NCBI GenBank assembly: GCA_003213495.1
Contig: QCMW01000002.1
Coordinates: forward strand, 4,303-68,302
Direction: 5' to 3'
Origin: SAR86 cluster bacterium AG-422-O05
Lineage (GTDB): Bacteria > Pseudomonadota > Gammaproteobacteria > Magnimaribacterales > D2472
Length of the DNA: 64,000 bases
The translations under genes and the position numbers were made by a program. The notes under the pieces are model-generated. The model did not search any database. It saw only the letters and a program-made list of their open reading frames with translations, and had not been told where the DNA came from. Below, piece after piece: positions 36,375-46,304 of this stretch; the first letter of the stretch is position 1, and each line of letters begins with the position of its first letter.

Positions 36375-36662
36375 ATGCAATCACAGCTTTTTTCAACTTT
36401 GCTATTCTTTGGTTTTTTATTGTTATTTATGTATATAGTCATAATAAGACCTCAGAATAAAAGGAACAAAGAGATAAATGAAATGCTTTCAAAGTTAGAA
36501 GTAGGAACAGAAGTAATCGCTGCTAGTGGAATTATTGGAAAAGTAAAAGCAATTAAAGGCGAATATATATCTATAGAAGTAAGTGATAATGTTGTTTTTA
36601 AACTGCAAAAGTCTGCAATAGCAAGTATTCTTCCAAAAGGAACTATTGCTTCAATTAATTAA
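36375..36662 (+). CDS. yajC: preprotein translocase subunit YajC
   Basis: 95 aa with a single N-terminal TM. It sits in the conserved queA-tgt-yajC-secDF order. Confidence 0.9.
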   Translation: MQSQLFSTLLFFGFLLLFMYIVIIRPQNKRNKEINEMLSKLEVGTEVIAASGIIGKVKAIKGEYISIEVSDNVVFKLQKSAIASILPKGTIASIN

Positions 36663-38520
36663 AGTGAACAAATTTTCTATATATCAATATTTAATAATTT
36701 TTATAGTTTTGGCAGTAGGCTCTTTCTACGCTTTACCTAATTTATATCCTACACAGCCATCGATTCAGGTTGCTTATACAGATACAGCAAAATCAGCAGA
36801 TCAAGCACTTTTGGTTGAATTAGAGGAGATACTTGATAATTCAGATACTGTGTATGAGGATATGTTTTTGAGAGAAAACAAAATCGTTATTAAATTTAAT
36901 GATGTTGATACTCAGCTGAGCTCAAAAACAGTTTTACAGAATGCTCTTTTAGATAAAGTTATTATTGCTCTTTTTTTAGAGCCCTCAACACCCCAATGGT
37001 TGAAAGATATGGGAGCAAATCCAGTAAAACTTGGTTTAGATTTATCAGGGGGCGTACACTTTTTGTTAGAAGTTGATATTGATACTGCTCAGCAAGGAAG
37101 ACTCGAGCTCTTATTAGATACGTATAGAAAATCTTTTGCTGAAGACAGGATAAAGTTTAATGAATCATATATTGAGGAGCTAGTTTTATTCTTTGAATTC
37201 AGTGATAACGATAGTTACAACAAAGCCTTAAAAAAATACCGTGACGAAAGTTTAGGCATTAATGGTGTTCAATATGTCATCACCGAAAGACCTAGCTCAA
37301 ATCAGTTGTTACTCGAATATTCAGATATTGCCTTAAGAGAAATAAGAGATTATGCAGTTGGACAAAATTTAATTACTTTAAGGAACAGGGTAAATGAGCT
37401 CGGTGTCTCAGAACCTGTGGTTCAAAGACAAGGCGCTAACAGAATCGTCGTTCAGCTTCCAGGAGTTCAAGATCCTACAGCTGCTAAAAAAATTATAGGT
37501 AAGACAGCAAACCTTGAATTTAGGATGGAAGCAAATGCTAGGACATCTCCATTAAGAAAAGAAATATTTAATTTTAAAGAAAATGATTTTCAAACAGCTT
37601 ACCTAGAAAAAGCAGTTATTGTTTCAGGAGATAGAGTTACAAATGCAAGCACAGGTTTTGATGAAAGTGGATTTGCTCAAGTAAACATTACACTTGATAT
37701 GCAAGGTGGCAGAGCTATGCAAAAGGCAACATCTGGAAATATTGGTAGAAGGCTTGGCGTTTTATTTGTTGAGCAAAAAACAAAATCAGAGTTGGTTACT
37801 AATTCTTTGGGAGAATCAGTTATTGAGCAAACAACATCTATAGAAAAAAATATTATAAGCTTGGCTACTGTTCAAGCCGTACTTGGAACCAGCTTTAGAA
37901 TTACTGGAGTTGGAACGCCAGCAGAAGCGAGTGAATTAGCTTTGCTTTTGAGAGCAGGGGCACTTGCTGCACCAATGCAATTTGTCGAAGAAAGGACTGT
38001 TGGACCTAGCCTTGGAAAAGAAAATATTGAGTTAGGTATGAAATCTATATTGATAGGCTTTGCTTTAGTTGTTTTATTTATGGCTATTTACTATAAAGTT
38101 TTTGGCATAGCAGCAAATATTTCATTGATAATAAATCTTGTTCTAATTACAGGAATAATGTCATTACTGGGAGCATCACTTACATTGCCTGGAATGGCAG
38201 GAATTGTGCTTACGGTAGGGATGGCCGTAGATGCCAATGTTCTAATTTTTTCAAGAATTAGAGAGGAACTAAAAGAAAAAGATCCTCAAACAGCAATTAG
38301 AGATGGTTTTTCAAGAGCATTTGTAACTATATTTGATGCAAATGTAACGACTTTAATTGCAGCATTAATTTTATATATCATTGGAACTGGACCGGTAAAA
38401 GGTTTTGCGATTACATTGTCAATTGGAATAGTCACTTCAATGTTTACAGCCATTATGTGTACAAGAGCAATGGTAAATTTAGTATACGGAAATAAAAATA
38501 TTAAGGTGTTAAAAATATAA
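36646..38520 (+). CDS. secD: protein translocase subunit SecD
   Basis: TTG at 36646 overlaps yajC. An in-frame GTG at 36664 is an alternative start. The periplasmic domain is followed by six C-terminal TMs (GMAVDANVLIF). Confidence 0.95.
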   Translation: MLQLIKVNKFSIYQYLIIFIVLAVGSFYALPNLYPTQPSIQVAYTDTAKSADQALLVELEEILDNSDTVYEDMFLRENKIVIKFNDVDTQLSSKTVLQNALLDKVIIALFLEPSTPQWLKDMGANPVKLGLDLSGGVHFLLEVDIDTAQQGRLELLLDTYRKSFAEDRIKFNESYIEELVLFFEFSDNDSYNKALKKYRDESLGINGVQYVITERPSSNQLLLEYSDIALREIRDYAVGQNLITLRNRVNELGVSEPVVQRQGANRIVVQLPGVQDPTAAKKIIGKTANLEFRMEANARTSPLRKEIFNFKENDFQTAYLEKAVIVSGDRVTNASTGFDESGFAQVNITLDMQGGRAMQKATSGNIGRRLGVLFVEQKTKSELVTNSLGESVIEQTTSIEKNIISLATVQAVLGTSFRITGVGTPAEASELALLLRAGALAAPMQFVEERTVGPSLGKENIELGMKSILIGFALVVLFMAIYYKVFGIAANISLIINLVLITGIMSLLGASLTLPGMAGIVLTVGMAVDANVLIFSRIREELKEKDPQTAIRDGFSRAFVTIFDANVTTLIAALILYIIGTGPVKGFAITLSIGIVTSMFTAIMCTRAMVNLVYGNKNIKVLKI

Positions 38521-39434
38521 TGAATACTAAATTTAAATTCATGAAATATCGAAAGATAGCAGGAATTATTTCCATCACATTATTTATCATTTCGGTCGCT
38601 TCTCTCTTCTTTAGAGGTCTAAGCCTTGGCCTTGATTTCAGCGGTGGAACACTCATTGAAGTATCATATGAAACTCCGATATCCTTAGAGGAGGTAAGAA
38701 GCTCTTTAGAGTCAAATGGATATGCCGATTCACAAGTTGTTAATTTTGGAACAAACTTAGATGTTCTTATTAAGGTTGCTGATCAAAGTGGCAATAGTTC
38801 TATTGGGGAAGATATTTTTAATATACTAAAAAATCAGGAAATTCCAATTGACTTAAAAAGAGTTGAATTTGTTGGTCCACAAGTAGGTGATGAGCTTCGC
38901 GATCAAGGCGGCTTAGGAATGCTAATTGCACTATTTATGATACTTATTTATGTAGCTTTTAGATTCCAATATAAATTTGCATTAGGGGCAGTAACTGCTT
39001 TAGCACACGATGTTGTAATTATTCTTGGACTATTTTCTATTTTCAGTTGGGATTTCGATTTAACTGTCTTAGCAGCATTGTTAGCAGTAATCGGCTATTC
39101 TTTAAACGATACTATCGTCGTATCAGATAGAATTAGAGAAAATTTTAGAACCGAGAGAGTTTTAGAACCAATAGATATGGTAGATCTATCATTAAATCAA
39201 ACATTGGGAAGAACCATCGTTACATCCTTAACAACATTATTAGTATTATTTGCGCTTTTTATTTTTGGGGGCGAGCTTATAAGAGGATTTAGTTTAGCTC
39301 TTATTATAGGAGTTCTGATAGGAACCTATTCATCCATATATGTTGTTGCAAATATGCTTATGTCTTTGACATTAACTCAAGAGGACTTGGCTGTGCCTGA
39401 ACCAGAAGGTGCAGATTTTGATGGAATGCCTTAA
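38520..39434 (+). CDS. secF: protein translocase subunit SecF
   Basis: 304 aa. Motifs GLDFSGGT and GYSLNDTIVVSDRIRE are present. Confidence 0.95.
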   Translation: MNTKFKFMKYRKIAGIISITLFIISVASLFFRGLSLGLDFSGGTLIEVSYETPISLEEVRSSLESNGYADSQVVNFGTNLDVLIKVADQSGNSSIGEDIFNILKNQEIPIDLKRVEFVGPQVGDELRDQGGLGMLIALFMILIYVAFRFQYKFALGAVTALAHDVVIILGLFSIFSWDFDLTVLAALLAVIGYSLNDTIVVSDRIRENFRTERVLEPIDMVDLSLNQTLGRTIVTSLTTLLVLFALFIFGGELIRGFSLALIIGVLIGTYSSIYVVANMLMSLTLTQEDLAVPEPEGADFDGMP

Positions 39435-40219
39435 CCCTGATAATAGGGCTTAACAGATTTTAAAATTGATTTATAAACTTTTGATGTTGAGGCGATAACA
39501 TTATTAGTATCTATATATTTTGGATCTCCTTTAAAGTTACTAACTAACGCTCCGCCTTCTTGTGCTATTAAAGTTCCTGCTGCAAAATCAATAAGACTAA
39601 TACTATGCGCCCAAACTCCATCTAATCTCCCTGCGCCGACATAGGCTAAATCAAGGGAAAGACAACCGCTTTCTCTCATATTTAATTCCTGATTTGCTAG
39701 TTCTTTGTGTGATTTTTCAAAATCAAAACTTTTATCTTTAACAGATTTTTTAAATGACAAAGTTGCATCTTTTAATGTGTTCTGTTTGCTTGCTCTTATT
39801 TTATTATTATTAAGACTTGCACCCGAGCCGCTGTATGCTGAAAATTCTTCTCTTCTTATAGGATCAATAATTACTGCTGAAGTTATTAGGTTATCTACAA
39901 CTGAACACAAAGATATCGAAAAGTGAGGATATCCTTTTAAAAAATTTTCTGTCCCATCTATTGGCTTTAACACCCAAGTTATATTTGAGTTATTTATAAC
40001 ATTTCCACTTTGAGTACCTAATAAATTATCTTCTTTTTGAAACTTTTGTACTTCATCAAATACTAAATCTTCAACTCTTCTTTCAATCGCCTTAAGGTAA
40101 CCTTCAGGACCTCCTTTAGATTTATCTAGACTATTAACTTTCTTTACAGCAAATTCTAACTCTGCCGCACCTTTACGTGCAGCGATTTGGTTAATATTTA
40201 ACAAAGCTTGATTCGACAT
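39431..40219 (-). CDS. suhB: inositol monophosphatase family protein (SuhB-like)
   Basis: Motifs LKPIDGTENF and the metal-binding WAHSISLIDFAAG are present. It is divergent from trmJ, as in E. coli. Confidence 0.85.
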   Translation of the reverse strand: MSNQALLNINQIAARKGAAELEFAVKKVNSLDKSKGGPEGYLKAIERRVEDLVFDEVQKFQKEDNLLGTQSGNVINNSNITWVLKPIDGTENFLKGYPHFSISLCSVVDNLITSAVIIDPIRREEFSAYSGSGASLNNNKIRASKQNTLKDATLSFKKSVKDKSFDFEKSHKELANQELNMRESGCLSLDLAYVGAGRLDGVWAHSISLIDFAAGTLIAQEGGALVSNFKGDPKYIDTNNVIASTSKVYKSILKSVKPYYQG

Positions 40220-40254
40220 GTCGCTATTGTAATAGAAATCAGCATAATATTTAC

Positions 40255-40980
40255 ATGACTATGAAAACAAATTTAATAAATATAGTTTTAGTCGATACGA
40301 TTCATCCTGGAAATATAGGCTCTGTTGCAAGAGCAATGAAGACTATGGGTCTTTCAAGGCTTTCTTTAGTAAATCCAAGAGTTTTTCCATCAAATGAATC
40401 AACAGCCTTAGCTGGGAACGCTACTGATGTTCTAGATAATGCTTCTATTTATAGTTCAATAAGAGATGCTATAAAAGAAAGTACTTTTGTGTATGCAACA
40501 TCTTCAAGAGACAGATCAATTCAATGGCCAATTATGAATGCAGAGCATGCAGCAAAAGATATTTGTAATGAAACATCATCAGAGAAGGAAATATCAATTA
40601 TTTTTGGCAAAGAGGATAGGGGTCTCACAAATGAGGAATTGGAGTTAGCAAATAAACTAATTGAGATTCCTGCTAATCCAGAATACCCAGTCTTAAACTT
40701 AGCTATGTCCGTTCAAATAATTACCTATGAACTTTTTAAAGCGTCCTCAGATATCACAGAGAAAGAGTGGCGTGACTATCCTGAGGTTAATTCGCATCAA
40801 TTACAAATGCTAATTGATCATTTTATTGAAACGGCTGTTGATATAGATGTGATAGATCCAGATAATCCAAAAAAAATAATTTCTAGAATCAAAAGAATGT
40901 TCACAAGATTGCAACCTGATGAGATGGAAGCAAGTTTTATGCGAGGTTTTCTCTCTGGAATTAAGAAAAAATTAAAATAA
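40255..40980 (+). CDS. trmJ: tRNA (cytidine/uridine-2'-O)-methyltransferase TrmJ
   Basis: SpoU fold. [24 protein letters not shown] parallels E. coli TrmJ [43 protein letters not shown] is also present. Confidence 0.85.
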   Translation: [241 protein letters not shown]

Positions 40981-41028
40981 TATGGTTTGATAATCTTTGC
41001 TGATTCCATATAATACACAACTTATCCT

Positions 41029-41104
<76 letters not shown>

Positions 41105-41114
41105 ATTTACTATA

Positions 41115-41138
41115 AAGCCCACACTAGTGGGCTTTTTT
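41115..41138 (+). terminator. rho-independent terminator after tRNA-Glu
   Basis: AAGCCCAC-ACTA-GTGGGCTT is followed by a T-run. Confidence 0.85.
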
Positions 41139-41163
41139 ATACCTTTGCTATAAAATATATTTT

Positions 41164-42408
41164 ATGAATAAGTTTGCGATTATTTTTTTAGGATTGGGAT
41201 TAGTTATTTCAGCTAATATATATGGACAAACATCAGATCAAGAAAAATCTTCTTGGTGGGATACAACCAAAAAATTTTTAGATGATTCTCAAAAAAATAT
41301 TACTGATAGAGTTGGTAATTTAAATAAGACTTTGGATGAAGAAATCGAAGAGCTGTTAAATAATGATGCAACTGAACTAGACACGATTAAAAAAATTGAT
41401 GGCATTAGAGCCTATGTAGAGAAATACACTAGCTTAAAAGAAAAAGATATTTTGAATGAATGTAGAAATGGATTTTCAAAAGGTAATTGCAGAATTCAAA
41501 TAGATAAAGTTCTTGAGGATATCGAAAGAATAGTTTTTGACGGTGAAATAATTGGATACTCCAAAAAAATTAGGCAGTTGCAAGCAAGAATTTCTAAACT
41601 AGAAGATGAAAAAGTTTCACTTAACGAAAAAAAATATAGCGTTACTGGTGAAGATGAACAAAATCTTGACAACAAGATAGCTGACATCGACGCCAAGATA
41701 GCTAAATCATATGAATATATAAAACTGCTTGAAGAAGATCTGCAATCCAAGATGAAAGACTTAGGCATAAAGCTTAACAAGGATCAAATTAAAGTTATGA
41801 CAACCAGAGTAGATGGAGATGATTTAGCCAAATCAATTGCAATTTTTGATGTCACCAAACAAATTTCCAATACTTTAGGGCAATTAGTTAAAGATAATTC
41901 TTTCAGCAGTAATACTACAATTAAGTATTATGGAGTCTATTTAATTCTCAGTGAAATTCTTGGTTTTGCTCAAAGAGAATACATAACTAAAATCGACGAA
42001 GAGTATTTAACAAAACTTGAATCTTATAAAAAGTCTGGCTATCAAAGTATTCAATATGCAAATGAGCAGATGCGACAAGCAACTATGGAATCAAGTAAAA
42101 ATATCTTTAAAAAGAATATAGAGACTGAAGAATTTACTATAACAGTTATTGATACATACAAAGGAATTTTGCTTGATCAAAAAGCTCAGTTGGATAACGC
42201 ATTGGTAACAACTGATGAGCAAATCGCAGTAGCATATTCAACTTATAAAACAGCATCTAATTCTTCTGCTTTAATGTCATTGATGGTTGATACTCAATCA
42301 ACATTTGATCAAATATTAGAAATGCAGATGCCTCAAATTATTCCTTTTGAAGATATTGAACTTGAAAATGAATTTAAAAGCTTATCTGACAAACTTAGTA
42401 TAGATTAA
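41164..42408 (+). CDS. secreted coiled-coil protein, unknown function
   Basis: 414 aa. Signal peptide is MNKFAIIFLGLGLVISANIYG. It contains long heptad-like Glu/Lys/Leu-rich stretches. Confidence 0.7.
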   Translation: MNKFAIIFLGLGLVISANIYGQTSDQEKSSWWDTTKKFLDDSQKNITDRVGNLNKTLDEEIEELLNNDATELDTIKKIDGIRAYVEKYTSLKEKDILNECRNGFSKGNCRIQIDKVLEDIERIVFDGEIIGYSKKIRQLQARISKLEDEKVSLNEKKYSVTGEDEQNLDNKIADIDAKIAKSYEYIKLLEEDLQSKMKDLGIKLNKDQIKVMTTRVDGDDLAKSIAIFDVTKQISNTLGQLVKDNSFSSNTTIKYYGVYLILSEILGFAQREYITKIDEEYLTKLESYKKSGYQSIQYANEQMRQATMESSKNIFKKNIETEEFTITVIDTYKGILLDQKAQLDNALVTTDEQIAVAYSTYKTASNSSALMSLMVDTQSTFDQILEMQMPQIIPFEDIELENEFKSLSDKLSID

Positions 42409-42423
42409 TTTAAGGAGATAATT

Positions 42424-42699
42424 ATGTTGATTGCGGTTCGAGCAGAAGTAGAAAGTATAGATCATTGGAGAGAGCAGTTTAAAACTCACGATGAGTTGTT
42501 TCAAAGTCAGGGTGTCACATTGGCTCATATGGGAGTAGCTGAAGATAACAAAGTCATAGCAGTGTTTGAAACTAATAATCCAGATGAATTTCTCAGAATT
42601 TTCAATGATCCCTCAACAGCCGAGGCTATGGCTAATGATAAAATTACGGGTGGCGTAGAGTTATTTGTTTTAGACGAAACATATAGCCCTGCTAACTAG
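42424..42699 (+). CDS. small cytoplasmic alpha+beta protein, unknown function
   Basis: 91 aa with a strong SD (AAGGAGA). A ferredoxin-like beta-alpha-beta pattern is guessed from the sequence. Confidence 0.55.
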   Translation: MLIAVRAEVESIDHWREQFKTHDELFQSQGVTLAHMGVAEDNKVIAVFETNNPDEFLRIFNDPSTAEAMANDKITGGVELFVLDETYSPAN

Positions 42700-42704
42700 T
42701 TTAA

Positions 42705-43103
42705 ATGAATAAAGAATCGTTATTTTTAACTTTAGTGGCTGTTGGTTTAATACCTTTGGGTATAACTTATGGTGTGCATCCTTCATTTAATCTTTTACCA
42801 ATTTCATTTTTGGATGAAGTTGAAATTAATAGCATTGATCACGCAAATATCTTTAGCGGCATTATGGGCCTATACGTTACGATGGCAATATTCTGGATTC
42901 TTGGTGCTTTTAATAAATCTTTAACCATTCCTGCGCTTTGGAGTTTAGTAATATTTACGACTGGCATTGGTTTAGGCAGGGCAATAAGCATGATAACTGA
43001 TGGCATGCCTTCGAACCCTTATTTATTATTTTTATTACTCGAAGTGATTTTTGCACTTATTGGATTAATGTTCATAAAATCAATCAAATCAAATTCAGCA
43101 TAA
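42705..43103 (+). CDS. DUF4345-like small membrane protein
   Basis: 132 aa with four hydrophobic helices. GIGLGRAISMITDGMPS...LLLEV resembles the DUF4345 pattern. Confidence 0.65.
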   Translation: MNKESLFLTLVAVGLIPLGITYGVHPSFNLLPISFLDEVEINSIDHANIFSGIMGLYVTMAIFWILGAFNKSLTIPALWSLVIFTTGIGLGRAISMITDGMPSNPYLLFLLLEVIFALIGLMFIKSIKSNSA

Positions 43104-43165
43104 AGTTTTTTACTATTATTACTATATTTAATGTAAGATTGCCTTTTTCATATAAGGATTAACTA

Positions 43166-43411
43166 ATGAATATATATGTTGGTAATATTTCTTGGGGATT
43201 AGAAGACCAAGATTTAGAAAATGTTTTTGCTGAACACGGTACAGTTACTTCAGCAAAAATTATTAAAGATAGAGCAACCGGCCGTTCAAGAGGTTTTGGT
43301 TTCGTAGAAATGAGTGATGGTGGCGAAGCTGCTATTGAAGCACTTAATGGAACTGAAGTCGATGGAAGAGAATTGGTTGTTAACGAATCAAGACCAAAAG
43401 AAAAGAGCTAG
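43166..43411 (+). CDS. RRM-type RNA-binding protein
   Basis: 81 aa. RNP2 is IYVGNI and RNP1 is RGFGFVEM. Confidence 0.9.
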   Translation: MNIYVGNISWGLEDQDLENVFAEHGTVTSAKIIKDRATGRSRGFGFVEMSDGGEAAIEALNGTEVDGRELVVNESRPKEKS

Positions 43412-43803
43412 CTCAAACTTTCTAACGCTTCAACCATTTTTTCTTGTACTTTTTGTACTGCTTTAAATGGCCTAATCATAACTTTAAAGTTAGATATTTT
43501 GCCGTCTTCATTCCATTCAATCATGTCCACTCCATTGACTGATATATCATCGATGTAGGTTTCAAACTCTAAAACGGAATTCATTCCATCATGAATCTCT
43601 TTTGTGTATTGAAACTTTTCCATATTAAATGATTGACCGGCAGCATGAAGATACATTTTCGTTATCTCTTTACCTTCCATAGGAGTAAAAACCACTGGAG
43701 ATGAAAATACAGCATCCTCAGCTAGTATGCTATCAAGCATATTAAGATCATCACTGTCTATGACTTCATGCCAACTATGAATTAGATTTTTAGCTGTTTT
43801 CAT
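43408..43803 (-). CDS. NTF2/SnoaL-like fold protein
   Basis: 131 aa. The cone-fold pattern is guessed from the sequence (W-x-EVIDSDD...F.SP....). It overlaps the RRM gene's 3' end convergently by 4 nt. Confidence 0.6.
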   Translation of the reverse strand: MKTAKNLIHSWHEVIDSDDLNMLDSILAEDAVFSSPVVFTPMEGKEITKMYLHAAGQSFNMEKFQYTKEIHDGMNSVLEFETYIDDISVNGVDMIEWNEDGKISNFKVMIRPFKAVQKVQEKMVEALESLS

Positions 43804-43905
43804 TTATCTTCCTCTAATAAAATATCAAATATTTTTATATATTAAATTCAAAAAATATCGATATGTACTAAATATAATAGTATCTTATATACAGAGGAGT
43901 TAATT

Positions 43906-44334
43906 ATGAAGAAATTTTTATTTTTAAGTATGCTTTTACCAATATTTGTTTTTGGTATGCATCACAAATCTGAACCAATTATTTTTTATCTTGATCTAGA
44001 TGTTGCTCAAGGGAAGGCAGATGAGGTTGAAGAATTTGTTGACTATCTTGTTAATGCAGTCAAGGAAACAGAACCAAAAACCATGTATTACAAATATTGG
44101 ATTTCAAGTGATATGAAAAAAGTATCTTTAATCGAAATGTATAATTCAAATGAAGATGCTATTTACCATATGAACGCTTTTGCTGAAGCGCCCCATCGAG
44201 ATAGATTTTTAGAAACATTTTTAGTCACAAATTTCCAGGTTCTCGGTGATACAAATAAAGAATTAAAAGAAGCTATGGCAGCATATACAGACGATCATAG
44301 AACTCTAATTAATGGTTTTAAAAGAAAGAAGTAA
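43906..44334 (+). CDS. signal-peptide-bearing ABM (antibiotic biosynthesis monooxygenase)-like protein
   Basis: 142 aa with a hydrophobic N-terminus. The ABM-like core is ...EEFVDYLVNAVKETEPKTMYYKYWISSDMKKVSLIEMYNSNEDAIYHMNA.... A strong SD is present. Confidence 0.6.
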   Translation: MKKFLFLSMLLPIFVFGMHHKSEPIIFYLDLDVAQGKADEVEEFVDYLVNAVKETEPKTMYYKYWISSDMKKVSLIEMYNSNEDAIYHMNAFAEAPHRDRFLETFLVTNFQVLGDTNKELKEAMAAYTDDHRTLINGFKRKK

Positions 44335-44352
44335 CACTAAGCATAAATAATA

Positions 44353-44952
44353 ATGGATATTAAGTATTCAAAAAGAAATTCATTTTTTCTCCTATTGGTT
44401 GGCATTGTTGGCTTTATTGGTCTTCCATTAATGGGATTAGATACTTTTAGCCTTGAATTTTATAATTCCTTTCCTTTAATTCCTGAGGCATACATTCCAT
44501 ATGTAAGTTATCCAATTTTTTATGTTACTCTAATTGGATGTGCGGTGGGTATTAATATATTTTGGAAAAGAATATTTAATTCAAATATTGTTATGAAGAT
44601 TAACAAAGATGGATTTTGGGCCGATATTGATAATCAGATAGATGTGGATTTGAAATGGAAAGAAATTGACTCTTTTAGATTAAAGGTTAGAAAAATTTCA
44701 GGAAGATATTTAGAATACTTAGTTATAAACCCTAAAGACATTACAATAGCACAAAGAGTTAATCGTTTAAGTGGTCACGATTCATCAACTGCTGCCAGCT
44801 TTATGAAGTGGACAAAAAAGACTCTAGGAAAGGCTGCTACTGCAGGAGTTTATGATCCGCACAATCAAATTGCAATATATTTAGCTGGCTTTCAACATAA
44901 GCCTGAAAAAATTGTTATGAAAATGGAAGAATATTTTGAGGAAAATAAATGA
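44353..44952 (+). CDS. membrane protein, unknown function
   Basis: 199 aa with two N-terminal TM helices and a soluble C-terminal domain. Confidence 0.55.
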   Translation: MDIKYSKRNSFFLLLVGIVGFIGLPLMGLDTFSLEFYNSFPLIPEAYIPYVSYPIFYVTLIGCAVGINIFWKRIFNSNIVMKINKDGFWADIDNQIDVDLKWKEIDSFRLKVRKISGRYLEYLVINPKDITIAQRVNRLSGHDSSTAASFMKWTKKTLGKAATAGVYDPHNQIAIYLAGFQHKPEKIVMKMEEYFEENK

Positions 44953-45314
44953 ATGATAATAAAAAAATAGAAAGTTGTATTGATTTGTACTACGAGGGGT
45001 GTTGTGAGTCAGATCCTGTAAAAATCAAGCAGGCATTTGATGAGAATGCCATGATAAGTGGATATTTACCTGATGGCTTGCATGAAATGAATTTAGATGA
45101 ATTTGCTGGCTTTGTAGAAGCTCAACAACCATCGCCAAAAGAAAAAGGTGATGAAGCTTTTTTAGAAATTCTTTCATGTGAAATAGTTGGTAATACTGCA
45201 ATAGTTCAAATAAGAGAAGCATACTTGGGAATGGTTTTTATTGATTCATTCTCTTTTTTAAAGAAAGATGAAACTTGGAGAATTTATACTAAATTATTTC
45301 ATGTTGAATCATAA
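44949..45314 (+). CDS. NTF2-like (lumazine-binding-type) protein
   Basis: 121 aa. ...IDLYYEGCCESDPVKIKQAFDENAMISGY... is typical of small NTF2-like proteins. It has an ATGA overlap with the previous gene. Confidence 0.6.
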   Translation: MNDNKKIESCIDLYYEGCCESDPVKIKQAFDENAMISGYLPDGLHEMNLDEFAGFVEAQQPSPKEKGDEAFLEILSCEIVGNTAIVQIREAYLGMVFIDSFSFLKKDETWRIYTKLFHVES

Positions 45315-45342
45315 ACATATTATATTTATGAGGAGGAAAAAT

Positions 45343-46239
45343 ATGTTTTATAAAAATAAATTAATGATACTTTATTTGATGAGTATCATATTTATCGTAA
45401 GTTGTTCCAATGATATGAAAGTTGAGTCATCTGCTGAAAATGCTGATGGAGGTACTTATGATGAATTTGTAGAATCATTAGAAAGCACAGATGGAGAAAC
45501 ATATGTGGAATTTATGGCTTGTACTCGTGGTCCAGATTTCGATGCAGAAAATTCAACTAAGATGATAGCTGCTTGGCAAAAATTAGTTACAGCCGATTCA
45601 TTATTTGGTGTATGGGGATATGTTTCTGCAGCAGACACAAATTCATTTGGTGATACTCTTTGGTGGGAATTAAACTGGAATTCGAAAGAGGAAGCTGATG
45701 CAGAATGGGATGCATGGTATCAAAATGAAGAAGCACAAGCTTGGGCAGAGGAATATTCTAATGTTATGGTTTGTGATGGAGAGGGAAGAAATTCTTTTGA
45801 TGGTATATATCCAATTTTGCCAAATACTTATGGTGCTGTGAATGAGAGTGGCTATTTTTATAGTGAATTTTATCAATGCAATTACATAAATGAATCTGAG
45901 AGGGCAGACGCTGAAGCATTTTTACCAGGATTTACTGATGCGGTTGCTAACTCTGGTTATGATGGAACCGGTTATTCTTATGCAAATTATTTTGCGCACA
46001 AAAATGAGAACGGATCACATGTGGATACCGATGTTGATTTTTTATGGGCTAATTTCTCAAATAGCAAAGATTCAATGGATAAAGCAAGTGAAATGTTTGA
46101 TAAAGATGTAAGACCTAAAATGTTTCCATTATTTAGTGAATTTGCAACATGTGCAGATACACCAGATGTTTACCATGGCTGGACATTTTATATAGGGGAT
46201 AAAAAGGAATTTATGCCTGACTTTAATTCAATGGATTGA
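45343..46239 (+). CDS. lipoprotein with two tandem alpha+beta (dimeric alpha/beta-barrel/NIPSNAP-like) modules
   Basis: The start is trimmed to ATG 45343 (AGGAGG at 45331). The lipobox is FIVSC. The internal duplication is TYVEFMACTRGPDFDAENSTKMIAAW / FYSEFYQCNYINESERADAEAFLPGF and LWWELNWNSKEEADAEW / FLWANFSNSKDSMDKASEMF. Confidence 0.7.
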   Translation: MFYKNKLMILYLMSIIFIVSCSNDMKVESSAENADGGTYDEFVESLESTDGETYVEFMACTRGPDFDAENSTKMIAAWQKLVTADSLFGVWGYVSAADTNSFGDTLWWELNWNSKEEADAEWDAWYQNEEAQAWAEEYSNVMVCDGEGRNSFDGIYPILPNTYGAVNESGYFYSEFYQCNYINESERADAEAFLPGFTDAVANSGYDGTGYSYANYFAHKNENGSHVDTDVDFLWANFSNSKDSMDKASEMFDKDVRPKMFPLFSEFATCADTPDVYHGWTFYIGDKKEFMPDFNSMD

Positions 46240-46256
46240 AACAAAAATAAAAAGAT

Positions 46257-46285
46257 GAAGCTGCTTTAGGCAGCTTCTTTTTTTT
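46257..46285 (+). terminator. rho-independent terminator
   Basis: GAAGCTGC-TTTAG-GCAGCTTC is followed by T8. Confidence 0.85.
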
Positions 46286-46304
46286 GTGGTACATTTTACA
46301 TACT

